This document shows positions 38,601 to 51,115 of a stretch of 64,000 bases of DNA, one piece after another. Location of the stretch: the NCBI GenBank assembly GCA_050575255.1, contig JBNZDD010013723.1, positions 8,364,817 through 8,428,816 on the forward strand, read 5' to 3'. This DNA is from Harriotta raleighana (lineage: Eukaryota). Numbering within the stretch: position 1 is the first letter of the stretch; each line of letters begins with the position of its first letter. Under the pieces are notes generated by a model that was not told where the DNA came from, did no database searches, and saw only the letters and a list, made by a program, of their open reading frames with translations. The position numbers and the translations under genes were made by a program.

Positions 38601-39240
38601 AGTGGTGAAAATCTACTCCTCAGGTAAAGGTTAACATTGAGGGAGTCATGGCCTTGCATCCTCTTATCTCTCTGACCAGCTAAGCCCATATCAACCTATC
38701 CCTCCCTTCATTCAGCCCGCTCCATGTCTCCCACACGAATCCGCCTGACCATTGGGGGCCGGGCTTTCAGCCTCTCTGCCCCCACCCTTTGGAAATCCAT
38801 CCACAATCCCTTTGCCTTGCTCCCTCCCTTGCTCCTTCAATGCACAACTCAAGAGCCTCCTTTTCGACCATGCCTTTAACCACTCTCCTATCTCTCTGCC
38901 CTCCCTCATCCCAGCCCTGCCCCCCACACTCAGGTCCTGATCCTACGACTGTTCAGCATTTTGGGATGTCCTCCCAATGTGAAAGGTGTTTTACAAATGT
39001 AATTTTCTTGTTGTTCATGCCATACATAGGGAAAAAGCTCTTTGCCATGTAAACTGTGGTTTCCTCACGGAAATTTTCATATGCCAGTGTAACAGAAAAA
39101 CCTAGGCTCCAACACAAAATCTTCTCAGAGTTGAAGGGTTTCCTTCAGAAACCATATTTGATGCAGGAAAAATTGTTTTGACGGTCAGGAGTTAGCATAA
39201 CAAATGTTAGAGTTTACCTGAGGAGCATATTTTCAAGCCC
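38601..39240. mobile_element. Non-autonomous DNA transposon (Harbinger-like ends) carrying an L2 3' insert at about 38660-39015
   Basis: Left tgaaaatctactcctcaggtaaaggttaacattg versus reverse complement of right end gggcttgaaaatatgctcctcaggtaaactctaacatttg. Confidence 0.65.
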
Positions 39241-39379
39241 AATAACTTTTGGCTATCAAGTAAACATGGAGATGTTCAGCAAAGCGGACTCAGTCAGAGA
39301 CACTGGTGATTGGGGCACTACATAATTTAAATTTTTCTTTAGCTCTCCACTTCAACTTCCTCCTTAACATTCAAGCAGC

Positions 39380-39592
39380 TTGGAGAGTCTAGAGAAGCTG
39401 GGCCTTAGGCCACAGAAGGTTAAGGGGAGAGTTAATACAGGTGTCAAAACTATGCAGGGTTTTGATAGAGTAAATAAGGAGAAGCTGTGGGGTGGTAGAG
39501 GGACTAATTGAAAAGCTCTTTCTAAGAGCCAGCACAGGCATGATGGCCTGAATGATCTACTTCTATGCGGTAAGATTGTTTGATTCTATGAA
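39380..39592 (+). mobile_element. CR1 3' end, internally deleted
   Basis: agaaggttaaggggagagttaata...gggttttgatagagtaaataaggagaagctgt...agagccagcacaggcatgatggcctgaatg...attctatga. Confidence 0.8.
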
Positions 39593-40123
39593 CGTCCTAT
39601 GTAACCTTCAATCGGGCTTGGTTAGAGCATATGGATCAAGGTCCCCAACCATTCTCCAGTCAAAGTATGAGGCAAATGTCAGGGTAGCATCTCCCCCTTT
39701 TGTTAGCTAGCTTTCAACTTGAGCATTGATTTTAACAACTTCAAATCTCAGCTTTCTTCTTAATTTTCCTACCCCATCGCCAATGCTGTTTTCTATTCTC
39801 TTTTTTCCTAACAGAGTTATCCTGGAATTTCACACCTTGTCACTGCTGCCTCATTAGCCTTTGTTTCACCTAACAGCCTTGAACACACTTTCCAGCATTT
39901 CACAATCTGTCAGTGACTGCCTCTTTGTGAATGCAGACAGTGCTTTTATTTTTAGCTTTTTCCTAATGCCTTGTTTCATGGCTTGGTCTTACTTGCCTCT
40001 CAATGTGCCATGAAAAGGACATGAGAGACAAATCCGCTGTAGATTACCTGTAGTCTACCTTGCTGTAGATTTACAATTCTCCCAACAAAAAGAAATGGAA
40101 AGGGAAATAGCTTTCAATAGAAC

Positions 40124-41200
40124 AATAATCTTTGCATTTGATATAATAATAATATTAATCATCCTTGCATTTGATATAGGTTTTTCACGTCTTCTAGATG
40201 TCTCAAGGCGCTTCCCAGAATATACTGTAAAGTGAAATCACTGTAGTTTTGTAGGTGAAATGCGGCAGCCATTTGCACAGAGCAATGTCCTACAAATCGT
40301 CGTGGATTGAAGTAACTAATTTTTTTTCTCTGCTGATGAATTAATATCATGTGAAGGAATGTGGGGTAAGGAAATTTGCTCAAGGTTTCGCCCTGCCGGA
40401 AACCCAGTTCTCTTACTTGTGAGGCAAATACTCCAACCACTGAGCTGCAGTACTCCATAATGGTGCATTATCACATCATTGACATGTCTCAAAATTCTTC
40501 ACAGGATATATTTTGTCAAGTGAATTTACTGTATTTTGTGAGCAAAACCTGGCAGCTAATTGTGCATAGTAATGTCACACAAACAGTCGTGATCGAATGA
40601 CCTAATTTTCTTTGAGGGGTTATCACCCCCAGAAAGCAATCTGCCAATCGACTATCAACCAGGTTCCTACTTACTGCTGTAAATAGAGGCGCGTGTGTAG
40701 AGTAAGAAAACTTGCCTAAGGTTTCACCCTGCCCAGGAATCAAACTCAGGGTTTCTAATACTGTCCTAACCAACAATCCGCAGATTGATCATTCATTTCA
40801 TGGCTGATTGAGGGAACATCACTATACACAAATGTGCTGTCTCATTCATGTAAAAACATGCAGTCACTACACAACAATGTCTCACAAATCATCATGGAGT
40901 AACTGACCAATTTTATCAGGACATCAGGACAAATTCTCTTCCCGAATAATGCCATGAGATCTTTAACATCCACATAGATAGGCAAAAGGGACCTTAATTT
41001 AAGCCAATTGCGCACAGCGGTGTCCACAAATAGTGGTGGATTGAAATGACCAATTTTATTATTGTTTTATTTTGAAGGGATTATTATTTGGTGTGTGGAG
41101 TAAGGAAATGTGCCCAAGGTTTTGCCCTCATCTGCCTGGATTCGAACATAGGTCTCAAGCTTGTAAGGCGAGTGTTCTAACCACTGACCTACAGGGCTCC
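40124..41200 (-). mobile_element. Nested SINE cluster: short form inside a long form, old Deu-SINE, another short form
   Basis: Short form 40145-40457 splits a long-form tail (40124-40144 / 40460-40755); Deu fragment about 40800-41000; short form 41001-41200 with B-box ggattcgaac. Confidence 0.85.
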
Positions 41201-41852
41201 ACAAATGGAATTTTGTTGTTGTTGTTGTTAACTCATCTTTCTCTTTCAGATTATGTTCAGCCTCTAACACTTTGTAATATTTTGTGTTTTAATTATAGAT
41301 TTCCAGCAGCCACAGCTTTTCATTTCTCTGTTAATTGAGAGAACATCAAACATGCCTTCTTTTCCATTTTATCCATGGAGTGCAGACCAGGGAATTGCTG
41401 CTCCAGTTTTCAATAATCTGTATGTTGGGTTTGCCTCTTGACCAAGGACAGAAGGAAATAATGATGGTCTTGACAAGTCTGTACAGTGGCATTTCTGGGG
41501 AATCCGTTGCAAACATGGTGAGAGTTGGTGATAGCGGTTCATGAGATTAAAAACATGTATTGATTTGAGTATTTTGTGAGTATTTTGTGGTTATTATCTT
41601 GAAACAGATTTGCGGTTTTGTTTCACCTAACATGCTCAATATTTGTATTGGAGATAAGTACCTGCATTAGAAATTGTTACATCAATCATGCCATTCATAT
41701 ATACACAAGAGCACAGAACTTATCATTAAACCTACCTTTTACAAATTATCCAAATCCAGATATCATACACTTTCTCTGTATATCCTTACATTTCTTTTGG
41801 AGGTGCCAGATTTATGAAATCCCCATCACCAATCTTGATCCCCTGTTGTTGT

Positions 41853-42040
41853 GGGCTAGTTTTTAAAGTAAGAGCAAGGAAATTTCACACTGGTTAGTTG
41901 TCTGTTGAAAACCCATCATCATGCTTAAGAGTAACCAAATCAAACTCTAAGAGTCCCACATATGTTTTGAGATTTTCTTTGTCTAGAATAGACACTCTCA
42001 CCCTGCTCACCTAACCTCAGAAATTATTGGACACAGTTTG
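41853..42040 (-). mobile_element. Relative of the 60.6-61.3 kb element
   Basis: Reverse complement agtttgatttggttactcttaagcatgatgatgggttttc matches agttgggtttgcatactcttaagcatggtgatgaattttc at about 60867-60906. Confidence 0.55.
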
Positions 42041-42502
42041 GCAAGAGTCAAGGCTTGAATACGCCAGGCTACTGCTGGAATTTAACCAATTTAAACCTTG
42101 CAATTGTGAAAATTGTTTGTCAGGATTCCTGCTGACTGTTTACCCTACCCATTAGGCCTCTGGCTTGCAGGGTTCGCAGTAGCTGAGTGGGAAGAACCCA
42201 GTGTACCATCAGCACAGTTAAATTCACACCATTTGCATTCACTTGGTCATTAAATAAGTTTTTTCTCAAAGATAAGTCCACATTACTTTGGATTTCTCAT
42301 ATTCGTTCTGTCAACATAATTTCAAGGCAATTATAAATTTTGAGGCTAACGTGCTGGAGGATGCATAAATGAGCAGAGATCCTGCTGCTCAGATGGGAAT
42401 AATATCATTCTTAGCAAAAACTAGATAAAAAGTTAAAATTTGGGTGAGAAATCTCATAACTTTCTGACTCAGAGATGAGATTACTACCATTTGAGGCAGG
42501 CG

Positions 42503-43286
42503 GAATAGAAACTCGGTTTTCAGTCACCTCAGTAATCCAGTCTCCTCACAATTGTGGGCAAATTTTCACAGTCTCTTTCATTGTCTATGTTAAAGGATAG
42601 GCTGTCCTCTTCAGTAAATCAGTCACCTCACTATTCAGGACAATAGTCATAAATTGTGGCTGCTACAGTGCCCTCCTTCACTTCAAACATAGTACAAACA
42701 CCCCCTCTGCTACTAACGTGTACAGTACACAGTGCACCAGGCCCTGGGCTTCTCGCTCTATTTCCTTGAAGCTGCTACTTACTGTGGGCAGAGTGGGCTC
42801 CAGTTGTGCATGCATGGACCTGGGAGTGTTGGGATCATGGAAGTGGCGCAAGCGGGAAATCGTCTTTGCCTAGCGCCCACGGCCTAACCTAAGCTCCTGC
42901 AGCCAGTTCTTGATATGTGCTGTACAAAATGTCACCACAGAAGGAGTTGTCCTTACATGAGAGAGTGAACTTAATCAAAAACAATGAGAGCATAAGTCAT
43001 AGACAGTTAGCTGTGATCTATGGCATTAGCAGCGCGCAAGTTGGATGCGTTTTCAGTAGGAAGGCTGAATACATGACAGCTTTTGTTTTAAATGTAACAA
43101 TGCCTTTATTTTAATGAAATTGCAAAGTATGGTTGTTGAATGTTCATTACCCCTCACCCATTACCAAACCCTCAACATTATAACAATGACCTGAATCATT
43201 TGACCTGTTTAAATAATCAAGTCACTTCACTAAGCAGGTCATTTTTGCCCAATCACTTGAGTAATCACATTAGTGAGGTTCTCCTG
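42503..43286 (+). mobile_element. Internally deleted pogo/Tigger DNA transposon
   Basis: Right end gaggttctcctg|TA; degenerate left end aatagaaactc; repeated motif agtcac(c/t)tca(c/g)ta at about 42522, 42621 and 43220; internal HTH coding remnant. Confidence 0.75.
42929..43114 (+). pseudogene. Tigger/CENP-B-type transposase N-terminal HTH remnant
   Basis: MSPQKELSLHERVNLIKNNESISHRQLAVIYGISSAQVGCVFSRKAEY fits the psq-type HTH pattern; no DDD domain follows. Confidence 0.8.
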
Positions 43287-43489
43287 TAGTTGATAGGAAA
43301 GCAGATAGCAAGCACACTGGCCATAATCGTCTAAAAATCCATGTTAGCAGAAGCATGTATTTTGCTAAAGGACTGTTACATCCTGTTTGACAAGTTGGAA
43401 AGCAATGACAGGTATCACTAAATATGACAATTTGTTCTATCTTGATTGTGATAGATCCTATGTAGAATCCTATTTATGAACATTTGTAA

Positions 43490-43705
43490 AAGGATGGATT
43501 GATTCCAGAGAGCCAGCATGGATTTTCTGAGAACAGTATATTCTATGAAGTGCTTTGAGATGTCTCGAAGACGTGATAAGATGTATCATATGCATGGATT
43601 ATTAATCTTAAAAAACAGAATATGCTTGACTAATTTATTTTTGTTAAGAAAATCACAAAATGAATAGAGAATACAGCTGACATTTTTGTATGGATTTTAA
43701 GAAGA
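43490..43705 (+). mobile_element. CR1 RT fragment with SINE-tail insertion
   Basis: SQHGF (agccagcatggattt), CLTNL (tgcttgactaattta) and a MDFKK-like stretch (atggattttaagaag). Confidence 0.6.
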
Positions 43706-43889
43706 TTAGAGTTAATATTGGAACTTGCCAGCAAAATTCTCTTTATATTTCAGCAAGTAATTGGTGGCATTTTTTTTACAAATATATATTTACTCCAGCA
43801 GAGGTGAATCTGTTTCAAACCACAAATTAACTGAAGTTGACCTGTTGCTACCACCTGGTCAGACAGCCTCAAAAATTGTTATGATAAGA

Positions 43890-44250
43890 ATAATCATCAT
43901 CATACATTTCATATAGCATTATATCACATTGTCAAGACAGTTCAAAGTAGAATATGTTGTAAAGTGGTGTTACTAGGTATATTTGTTTGAATACAATAGG
44001 CAATTTGTGCACAACAATGCTCTAAAAGAGCCATGGAGTGAAAGCCATGTTGTTAGCTTGGATAAATTCTCTTCTATTTTCAATAGTACTATGGGGTCTT
44101 TAATGTCCACCTGGACAGTAGATGGGATCTTGGTTTAACATCTGATCTGAAGGACGACACCTCCGACAATGCATCACATCCCTAGCACTGCATTCAAATG
44201 GGATCTTAGACTACATTGTTTAAACCCTCGACCTTCTGACTTCAGCAAAT
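43890..44250 (-). mobile_element. Old Deu-SINE
   Basis: ctttaatgtccacctgg...ggtttaacatctgatctgaaggacgacacctccgacaatgca...gaccttctgact. Confidence 0.8.
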
Positions 44251-44589
44251 GTGCAGACAAATAGATGCACTCAGTCATTTTTCCTTTGGCAATTTAGTTA
44301 CCATATGAGATTAAAATAGTTTTGAAGTTGTGTAGATAACATTAAATTGGTTTTGAGACATTTATAATGATCCTTGTATTTGATATAATTTCCAAAATGT
44401 CAAAAACACTTTAATTAATGGGTAATTATTATTAGTTCATTTTACAGTATATTTTGTGAAACTCTTTGAGATGTCTCGAAGACGTGATAGTGCACTATCA
44501 CTAGCTTGGGACATCCTCCCAACATGATAGGTGCTTTACAAATATAATTTTGTATTGTATATCAATGCAAGGATTATTATCTATAGCAA

Positions 44590-44906
44590 ATAAAATAAGA
44601 ATCCTTGCATTTAATATAGCCCTTCTCACGTCTTCTAGATATCTCAAAGTGCTTCACAGAATGTACTGTAAAGTGAATTGACTATATATTGTGGGTGAAA
44701 CATAGCAACTAATTGGGTACGGCAGTGTCCCAAAAACAGTCGTGGATTGAAATGACCAATTTCTATTGTTGTGGTTTTTTTGGGAGGGATTATTAGGCAT
44801 GTGGAGTAAGGAAACTTGCCTAAGGTTTTGCCCTGACCTGCCTGGATTCGAACACTGTTCTCACACTTGTAAGGCGAGTGTTCTAACCACTGAGCTACAG
44901 GACTCA
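44590..44906 (-). mobile_element. Full-length tRNA/CORE/Deu SINE
   Basis: Reverse complement has A-box TAGCTCAGTGG, B-box GTTCGAATCC, body and tail. Confidence 0.95.
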
Positions 44907-44959
44907 ACTATAGTAGGTTCCTACAAATACCCATGACATTAATGCCTTATTTTATCTTC

Positions 44960-45225
44960 AGTTGCCCAGGACACGAGGAGGAAAATGCTCTTGTATTTTA
45001 TATGATATCAAGGAATCTTTAACATTCACCAGAACAGGTAGGCAGCATCTTGATTTAATGTCTCAACTGCAGGACAGAACCTCTAATGATGCAGAGTTCC
45101 TCCAGTACTGTTTTGGAGTAGCAACTTAGACTGTGAGTTCAAAGTCCCAATGTCGGGGGGGTGGGGGCTGGGTGAACCCACAACCTTTTGATTAAGAGGG
45201 GAAAGTGTTGTCAACTGAATGAGGG
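44960..45225 (-). mobile_element. Old Deu-SINE
   Basis: atctttaacattcacc...tgaacccacaaccttttgattaagagg. Confidence 0.7.
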
Positions 45226-45898
45226 TGACACAGCAGTAGGTGATGCAAAATTTGACTAGAGCCTAGCTTCATATAAACTGGTAATCGATTATTTCCTGAA
45301 ATCTTTAGTGTTGGACTGCAGAGAGCCCAACAGATGCTCTTCAGGAACCATTCGGGTGCATCGTTCCAAGGCACTAGGCCAGTGTATTGTAGTGCCATAT
45401 GTGGCTGAACTTGAATGACCTTATCGCACTCACTTGGTCACTAGTTATCAGGGAGTACTCAGAAATGAATTAAATAGTATAAAAATGATGTCAAACCAGA
45501 GGCAGAGTTGTGTTTAGCCAATTCTGTTTATCAATTAGTTTTCCATCATTACCTCTCTTATAGAAGTTAATATTCGGCAGTTAGCACAATTAATTTTTTT
45601 TTCTGCGCATTTATCTTCAGAAGTCACGATGAGCCTGTATTGCCTTCCACATACTTGATCAGTACAAATAGAATAATAAATGGCAGAGTGAATGAGCACA
45701 GCTTTGAAATCACTTTGTTCTGTTTGTCAATGCCTTGAGGAGCAGTGAGGGAGATAAGAAAAAGGATGTTGTAATTCCATCTCAATAGTAAAATGGTTGA
45801 TAGAAACAGACGCAGAAATGCAGTTTGGTGCCAGTTTTTCAGGTGGAACTTTTTTGTAATTATAAATATATAAATATGAATCCTTGCATTTGATATAG

Positions 45899-46446
45899 AG
45901 GAGGATTCGAAGATTGGTGGTGACGACCATCCCTATAGGTTCAATGGAGTAGGAGGGCATTCCACCCATGCTTTTTGTTCATACCACCTGGCTAATCTTC
46001 ACGCATGCTTTGATAACACCCTCCACTGAACATGGAACTTATCAATGTGTCACAGATAATTTCATGTCGCTCCACATTTTTTTGTGAGACAAAGACTACA
46101 TTTCGTCACAACACAACCGACATTTGGATGAGTAAGACACAAGGGAAATTCACCTCTGTGATTAGAGCACTCGCCTTACGAGCATGAGACCTGTGTTTCA
46201 AATTCAGGCAAGTCAGGGAGAACCTTGGGCAACTTTCCTTACTCCACACGCCTAATAATAATCTGTCCAAAAAAAACCAATAATAAACTGGTCATTTCAA
46301 TGTGGGACACTGCTGTGTGCCATTGGCTGCCATGTTTCGCCCACAAATATGCAGTCAATTCACTTGAGGGTATATTCTCTGAAGTGCTTTGAGACATCTA
46401 CAAGCTGTGAAAAGCGCTATATCAAATGTAAGGATTATTATTATAG
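45899..46446 (+). mobile_element. SINE (46143-46444) preceded by about 245 bp of unexplained sequence, bounded by TATAG repeats
   Basis: Removing the interval rejoins an antisense SINE tail: aatccttgcatttgatatag + caccttatcatgtctt. Confidence 0.6.
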
Positions 46447-47289
46447 CACCTTATCATGTCTTAATGCCCTGTAACACCAAGCCCAAATGAAATCAGAGGT
46501 GGTTCACCAGTTCGGAAAACATCAGGAGAGGAATATCAATGATGTGATAAGTAATTTGTGTTTCCAGTCTACTTACACAGTCCAGTGCTGTGCTGGGGCA
46601 ATGCTGAATTGTTGGATGAAATGAGAAACTAAAGTGCCATTTGCTTGTTCAGATAGATATAAAGATCCCATGGCATTATTCAAAAATAGTTTTTCCTGGC
46701 CAACAATCTCCCAATTAATTTTTAATGGTGTACTTTCTAAATTAAGCAGCATGGAAGTTTGAGTAAATTTTACTTCTGTGTCACAACTAATAAAGACTTG
46801 TTTTAAAGTACATGAATTAATATCCAACAAGGGAAAATACTACCTGCAGACAATAAATATCACTTGCTATGTCCGTAATCCCCTGGAATTTAAAAGCACA
46901 CAAGCTTTAAGTAAGCAATTGTTTTCACTTATACATTGAGACAAATAAAGCATTGTTCGAAGAACAAAAGTGAATATTTAAATATGGAGTTTCCCATGGG
47001 TGGATTCCCACTGGGGCTTTTCAAATAGAAAGTTAGCCAACATGTCGAATCTATAAAATTATTGTAAATCACACTCTTCACATTCATACTGTTTGAAAAA
47101 TTAATGGCGTGTGGGACAAGCAGATTAGAATACTGCTCAACCAGCCTGGCAATCATGTCGCCTAAGGAAAATGGAGTGCTGTGAAATTTATGTGTGCAGT
47201 CTAACCCTATATAATATTTACAATACTGTACTCTCTCAGTTGGACACCTCCACCTGAATATATCACATTGATTTATCTGATGAAATATT

Positions 47290-47450
47290 GGATTGGACAC
47301 TGGGGGAAACTCCCTTTTCTTTTCGAATTGTGCCATCAGAGTGCCTTCCAAATGAGGCAGACTGGATCTTTGTTTCACATCTCATTTGAGGGACAGCACC
47401 CACAGTAATGCAGCACTCTCCCAGCAATGCATTGAAGTGTGAAGCTAAGT
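47290..47450 (-). mobile_element. Old Deu-SINE fragment
   Basis: ggacactgggggaaactccc...catctcatttgagggacagcacc...aatgcagcactctcccagca. Confidence 0.7.
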
Positions 47451-48426
47451 GATATGAGGTTTGCAGGCCATATAATCCATGACATGCACTATCTGTGGAT
47501 CACCTGAATCTCCTGGGATGAAAAAGATGATGCGGCTGGAATTGTCACCTTTTCCAGGAAACAACTTTATTTTCAATGATCCTGAATGGACCACCTTTCA
47601 CCAGTCAAGTGATTTTGGGGAGAAATTGGTTCCTCTCCCAACTTCCCCCATTACCATTACCCTATCAAGCACCTCAACATTTCTGGCATGAGCAGGAACA
47701 GGTGCTGTCGCTTCATCAATGAGAGTAAACATTGGCATCCTTCACAGTAGAGCACCATGTGGCTACAGGTGGCTTGTCACCACTCGGTGAAGTCAACGGA
47801 ATCCACCACAGTATTGTCACAGGTGGGAGAGTGGAACACCAAGATCCATGAGGAATACTGAATTCTCCCTCCAATATGAACCAACAAAAACCACTTCACG
47901 GAACACTGTCATTCTGCACTTCATAGAATGGACAAATAATACTGTAATAATACTAATAATCCTTGCATGACAAAATGACTTTTGATCCTTGCATTTATGC
48001 CTGACTGAGGGAATTGGAATTTTACAACAGTGAAATCTTGTAAGATGTCTACAGTAACAGTATTTGCTTACAAGTACACAGTATTGCAGTACATCCTGTG
48101 AAGCACGTTGAGAAGTATTGACAATGTGATAATGCACTATATCAAATGCAAGTATTATTTTAATTATTATAGTAAACTGTCTCTTCTGAGCTTTTTCTGC
48201 AGTGACATTTGTGGCAGGTTTATCAACAACAAAGAATTGTTAATAAGGAATTTGCTTTGTATAGCAAGAACCTTTATTACTGTCACATTATATTGCTCTC
48301 TTTATATGTATTAGTGATAATATCTGTATCTATCTGAGGTATATAATAACTTTTGGTAACAATTTATGTGGATGAGTGGACATCAAAATGGTCATTGGTC
48401 AGTTAATAATATTAATCTTTACCTAG

Positions 48427-48724
48427 AGGAATCCAGTAGCTCAGTGGTTAGAGCACTCGCCTTACAAGTGAGGTGAGAGACCTGGTTTCAATTCCAGGCA
48501 GGGTGAAATCTTGGGCAAGTTTCCTTACTCCACACGCCTAATAATAGTCCTTCAAAAAAAAATTGGACAATTGAATCCACGACTGTTTGTTGGACAACTG
48601 TCTGCTGTGTTTCGTCCATAAATATACTGTCAATTCACTTTACAGTATATTCTGTGAAGCGCTTTGTGACGTTTAGAAGATGTGAAAAGCGCTATATCAA
48701 ATGCAAATACGTATTATTATTATT
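48427..48724 (+). mobile_element. Full-length tRNA/CORE/Deu SINE
   Basis: gtagctcagtggttagagcactcgccttacaag...gatgtgaaaagcgctatatcaaatgc. Confidence 0.95.
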
Positions 48725-49169
48725 TTATTTGGTATAGTGCCTTTCAACTATGGAGGATGGTTCAAAGTACTTCACAGAATATGCTGCAAATGTACCAATT
48801 GTATGTTTTCAGCATCTTGGGACATCCTCCCAATGTGAAAGGCACTGTATGGATGTAATTTTTTTGTTGTTTTGTAAACAAATGCAGCAACTATTTCTCA
48901 CACAGCATTGTCCCACAAACAGTCAGTTACAGAATATGTGCTATTTGTGAATATGTACAATGAAACCTACACTTCAACAAAGGCCCACAGCCTACACTTA
49001 CTGTACCAAACTGTCTGCAAAATACTTTTAGCGTTTGGTAATATTTTCTTTTTTTGTGCAAAGATTAACAAATAAGGCCAATTTTGCTGAAGTCTAAACA
49101 ATACTCCGAAGAAATGGAACCTGAATTTGAGAGCTATTGAACAATACACTTGCCCATTGCCTAATCACC

Positions 49170-49705
49170 TCCTAGTTCTCTTGTTCTAACAATACCTCTG
49201 CAATCCAGCTTTTCTGCAATGGGATTCAGCTCTATCAATCCTCTGAAAAACGTCAAAGAGCCTATTCCATTAACAAGCAGCTATTGGCTGTGATCCTTCC
49301 CACACTTTAGATAGTCTAATCAGTTCTATGTGCATCCCACTGAATTCCTATACTGGAATAATCCATCGCAAAAATAAAACAACATTCTGCTCACAGTTAA
49401 AACAGTTCAATTTCTTCGATATCCCCTGCACTAGTAAGGTGCAGGAACAGGCTACTCAATCCATTCAGTCTCCTCTGTCATGTTCTTAATAATAGTCCTT
49501 GGATTTCTTATAGTGCCTTTTATATTGAGAGGACATCCCAGCTTTGCAGGATTTAATGTAAAGTATGGTGAACGTAATTTGCAGGTGAATAAAACAGCTA
49601 ATTTACATAGTAATTGCAAAGTAATAATTTCTTTCCCATCCATGGAGTACTTGTGTTTCTTAATCTTGCAAACTACTTGTAGTCCAATACATTTATCTGT
49701 ATAAA
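49170..49705 (-). mobile_element. Old CR1 RT C-terminal relic
   Basis: DKCIGLQVVCKIKKHKYSMDGKEI resembles the CR1 KCKVLHxG...Y.MxG motif. Confidence 0.45.
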
Positions 49706-50778
49706 GTGAAGGAGCAATTTTCTCTGGAAGATTGTTAGTCAAGACACTGGGAGAAATTCCCTTCTCTTTTTAATGAAACCATGAGTAGTCCATGAGATTA
49801 TTCAAAAAGTGTCTGCTAAGCAGACAGACAGATGGTACCTTGGTTTAACGTATCAGTCAGACGTTGGCACCGCTGACATGCCATTGGTCTTCCAGCATTA
49901 TATTGTACTTACCCTTCTTGACTATGCCTATAGACACCAACCCTCTCTCCCTAGCTCAGCATCAAGCTCCACTGATGCTACATCATTAGTCCTCCGAGTT
50001 GCTACCCCACATGAAAAGCTCTATATAAATTCAAAATTGATGTTGGCAGATTGTCTGGACTATGATCTTAATGGCCCAATGTGGGGTGAGAATTTACAAC
50101 CTTCTGATACAGAGATAAGAGTTTTACCAACAGAGCCAGTTGAATTCATGCAAATGCAAAGATTATGAAATTAAGATCTGTTTTGGTAAAAGTGAAAATA
50201 GACAGTATTTGAAGGTAATGAAATTGATTCAGCATCTCCCACCTAAATAAGTTCTAAATTCTAACTCAGTTAACGTGAAGCTGATTTCGCAGTTAATATA
50301 AGTTAATGTCAAATAAAAATTAAACATGGAACAAAATACACAGTCCCTATAATTTACAGTAAAATCCATTGAAACGCTTCAACATGTCCTTCCCAATGTG
50401 AAAGGAGCTTTTCCAAATGTAAGAATTATTAAGGATGATTAATATTGGAAGATTGAAATATGTGGGAAACAAAGCATCTTGCTCATTTATTTACTATGTT
50501 AAAGATATTTAAAATCGCTCCTTGCACAACCTGACACTTTAATAGAGTGTTGCCAAAGAGATGCTCAGATGATGTTAGTGGTGGGCTCTGCCAGCCAGTG
50601 ACTGCACAGAATCAGCAGGCTGGCTATCCGCTTCACACTAGTTTGCCAACTCTGAGCTCCCAGTGTACTTTTTCTTTCCATTTCACCGTTGCCTGTACGC
50701 AGAGCAAATTGTAATACTTGTTGACCAGGATCAGCATCCAAGACCAAAAAAAACCATCCAGTCTGCTCTACCAGCTCT

Positions 50779-51115
50779 GGAGCTCCTGTGGCTCAGTGGT
50801 TAGAGCACTCGCCTTACATGCCTTACAAGCATGAGACCTGTGTTCGAATCCAGGCAGATCAGGGCGAAACCTTGGGCAAGTTTCCTTACTCCACATGCCT
50901 AATAATAATCCCTCCAAAAAAAAACCACAATAATAAAATTGGTCATTTCAATCCATGACTGTTTGTGGGACGCTGCTGTGCGCAATTGGCTGCCGCGTTC
51001 CGCCCACAAATATACAGTCAATTCACTTTACAGTATATTCTATGAAGCGCTTTGGGACGTTGATAAGATGTGAAAAGCGCTATATCAAACGCAAGGATTA
51101 TTATTATTATTATTA
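50779..51115 (+). mobile_element. Best-preserved tRNA/CORE/Deu SINE
   Basis: A-box TGGCTCAGTGG, B-box GTTCGAATCC, accttgggcaagt, CpG-retaining gctgtgcgcaattggctgccgcg, long (ATT)n tail. Confidence 0.96.

Noticed and set aside
50784-50860. tRNA gene (A-box, B-box, TAC loop), likewise at other SINE heads
   Set aside because: No acceptor-stem closure, and each continues into the SINE body and tail.
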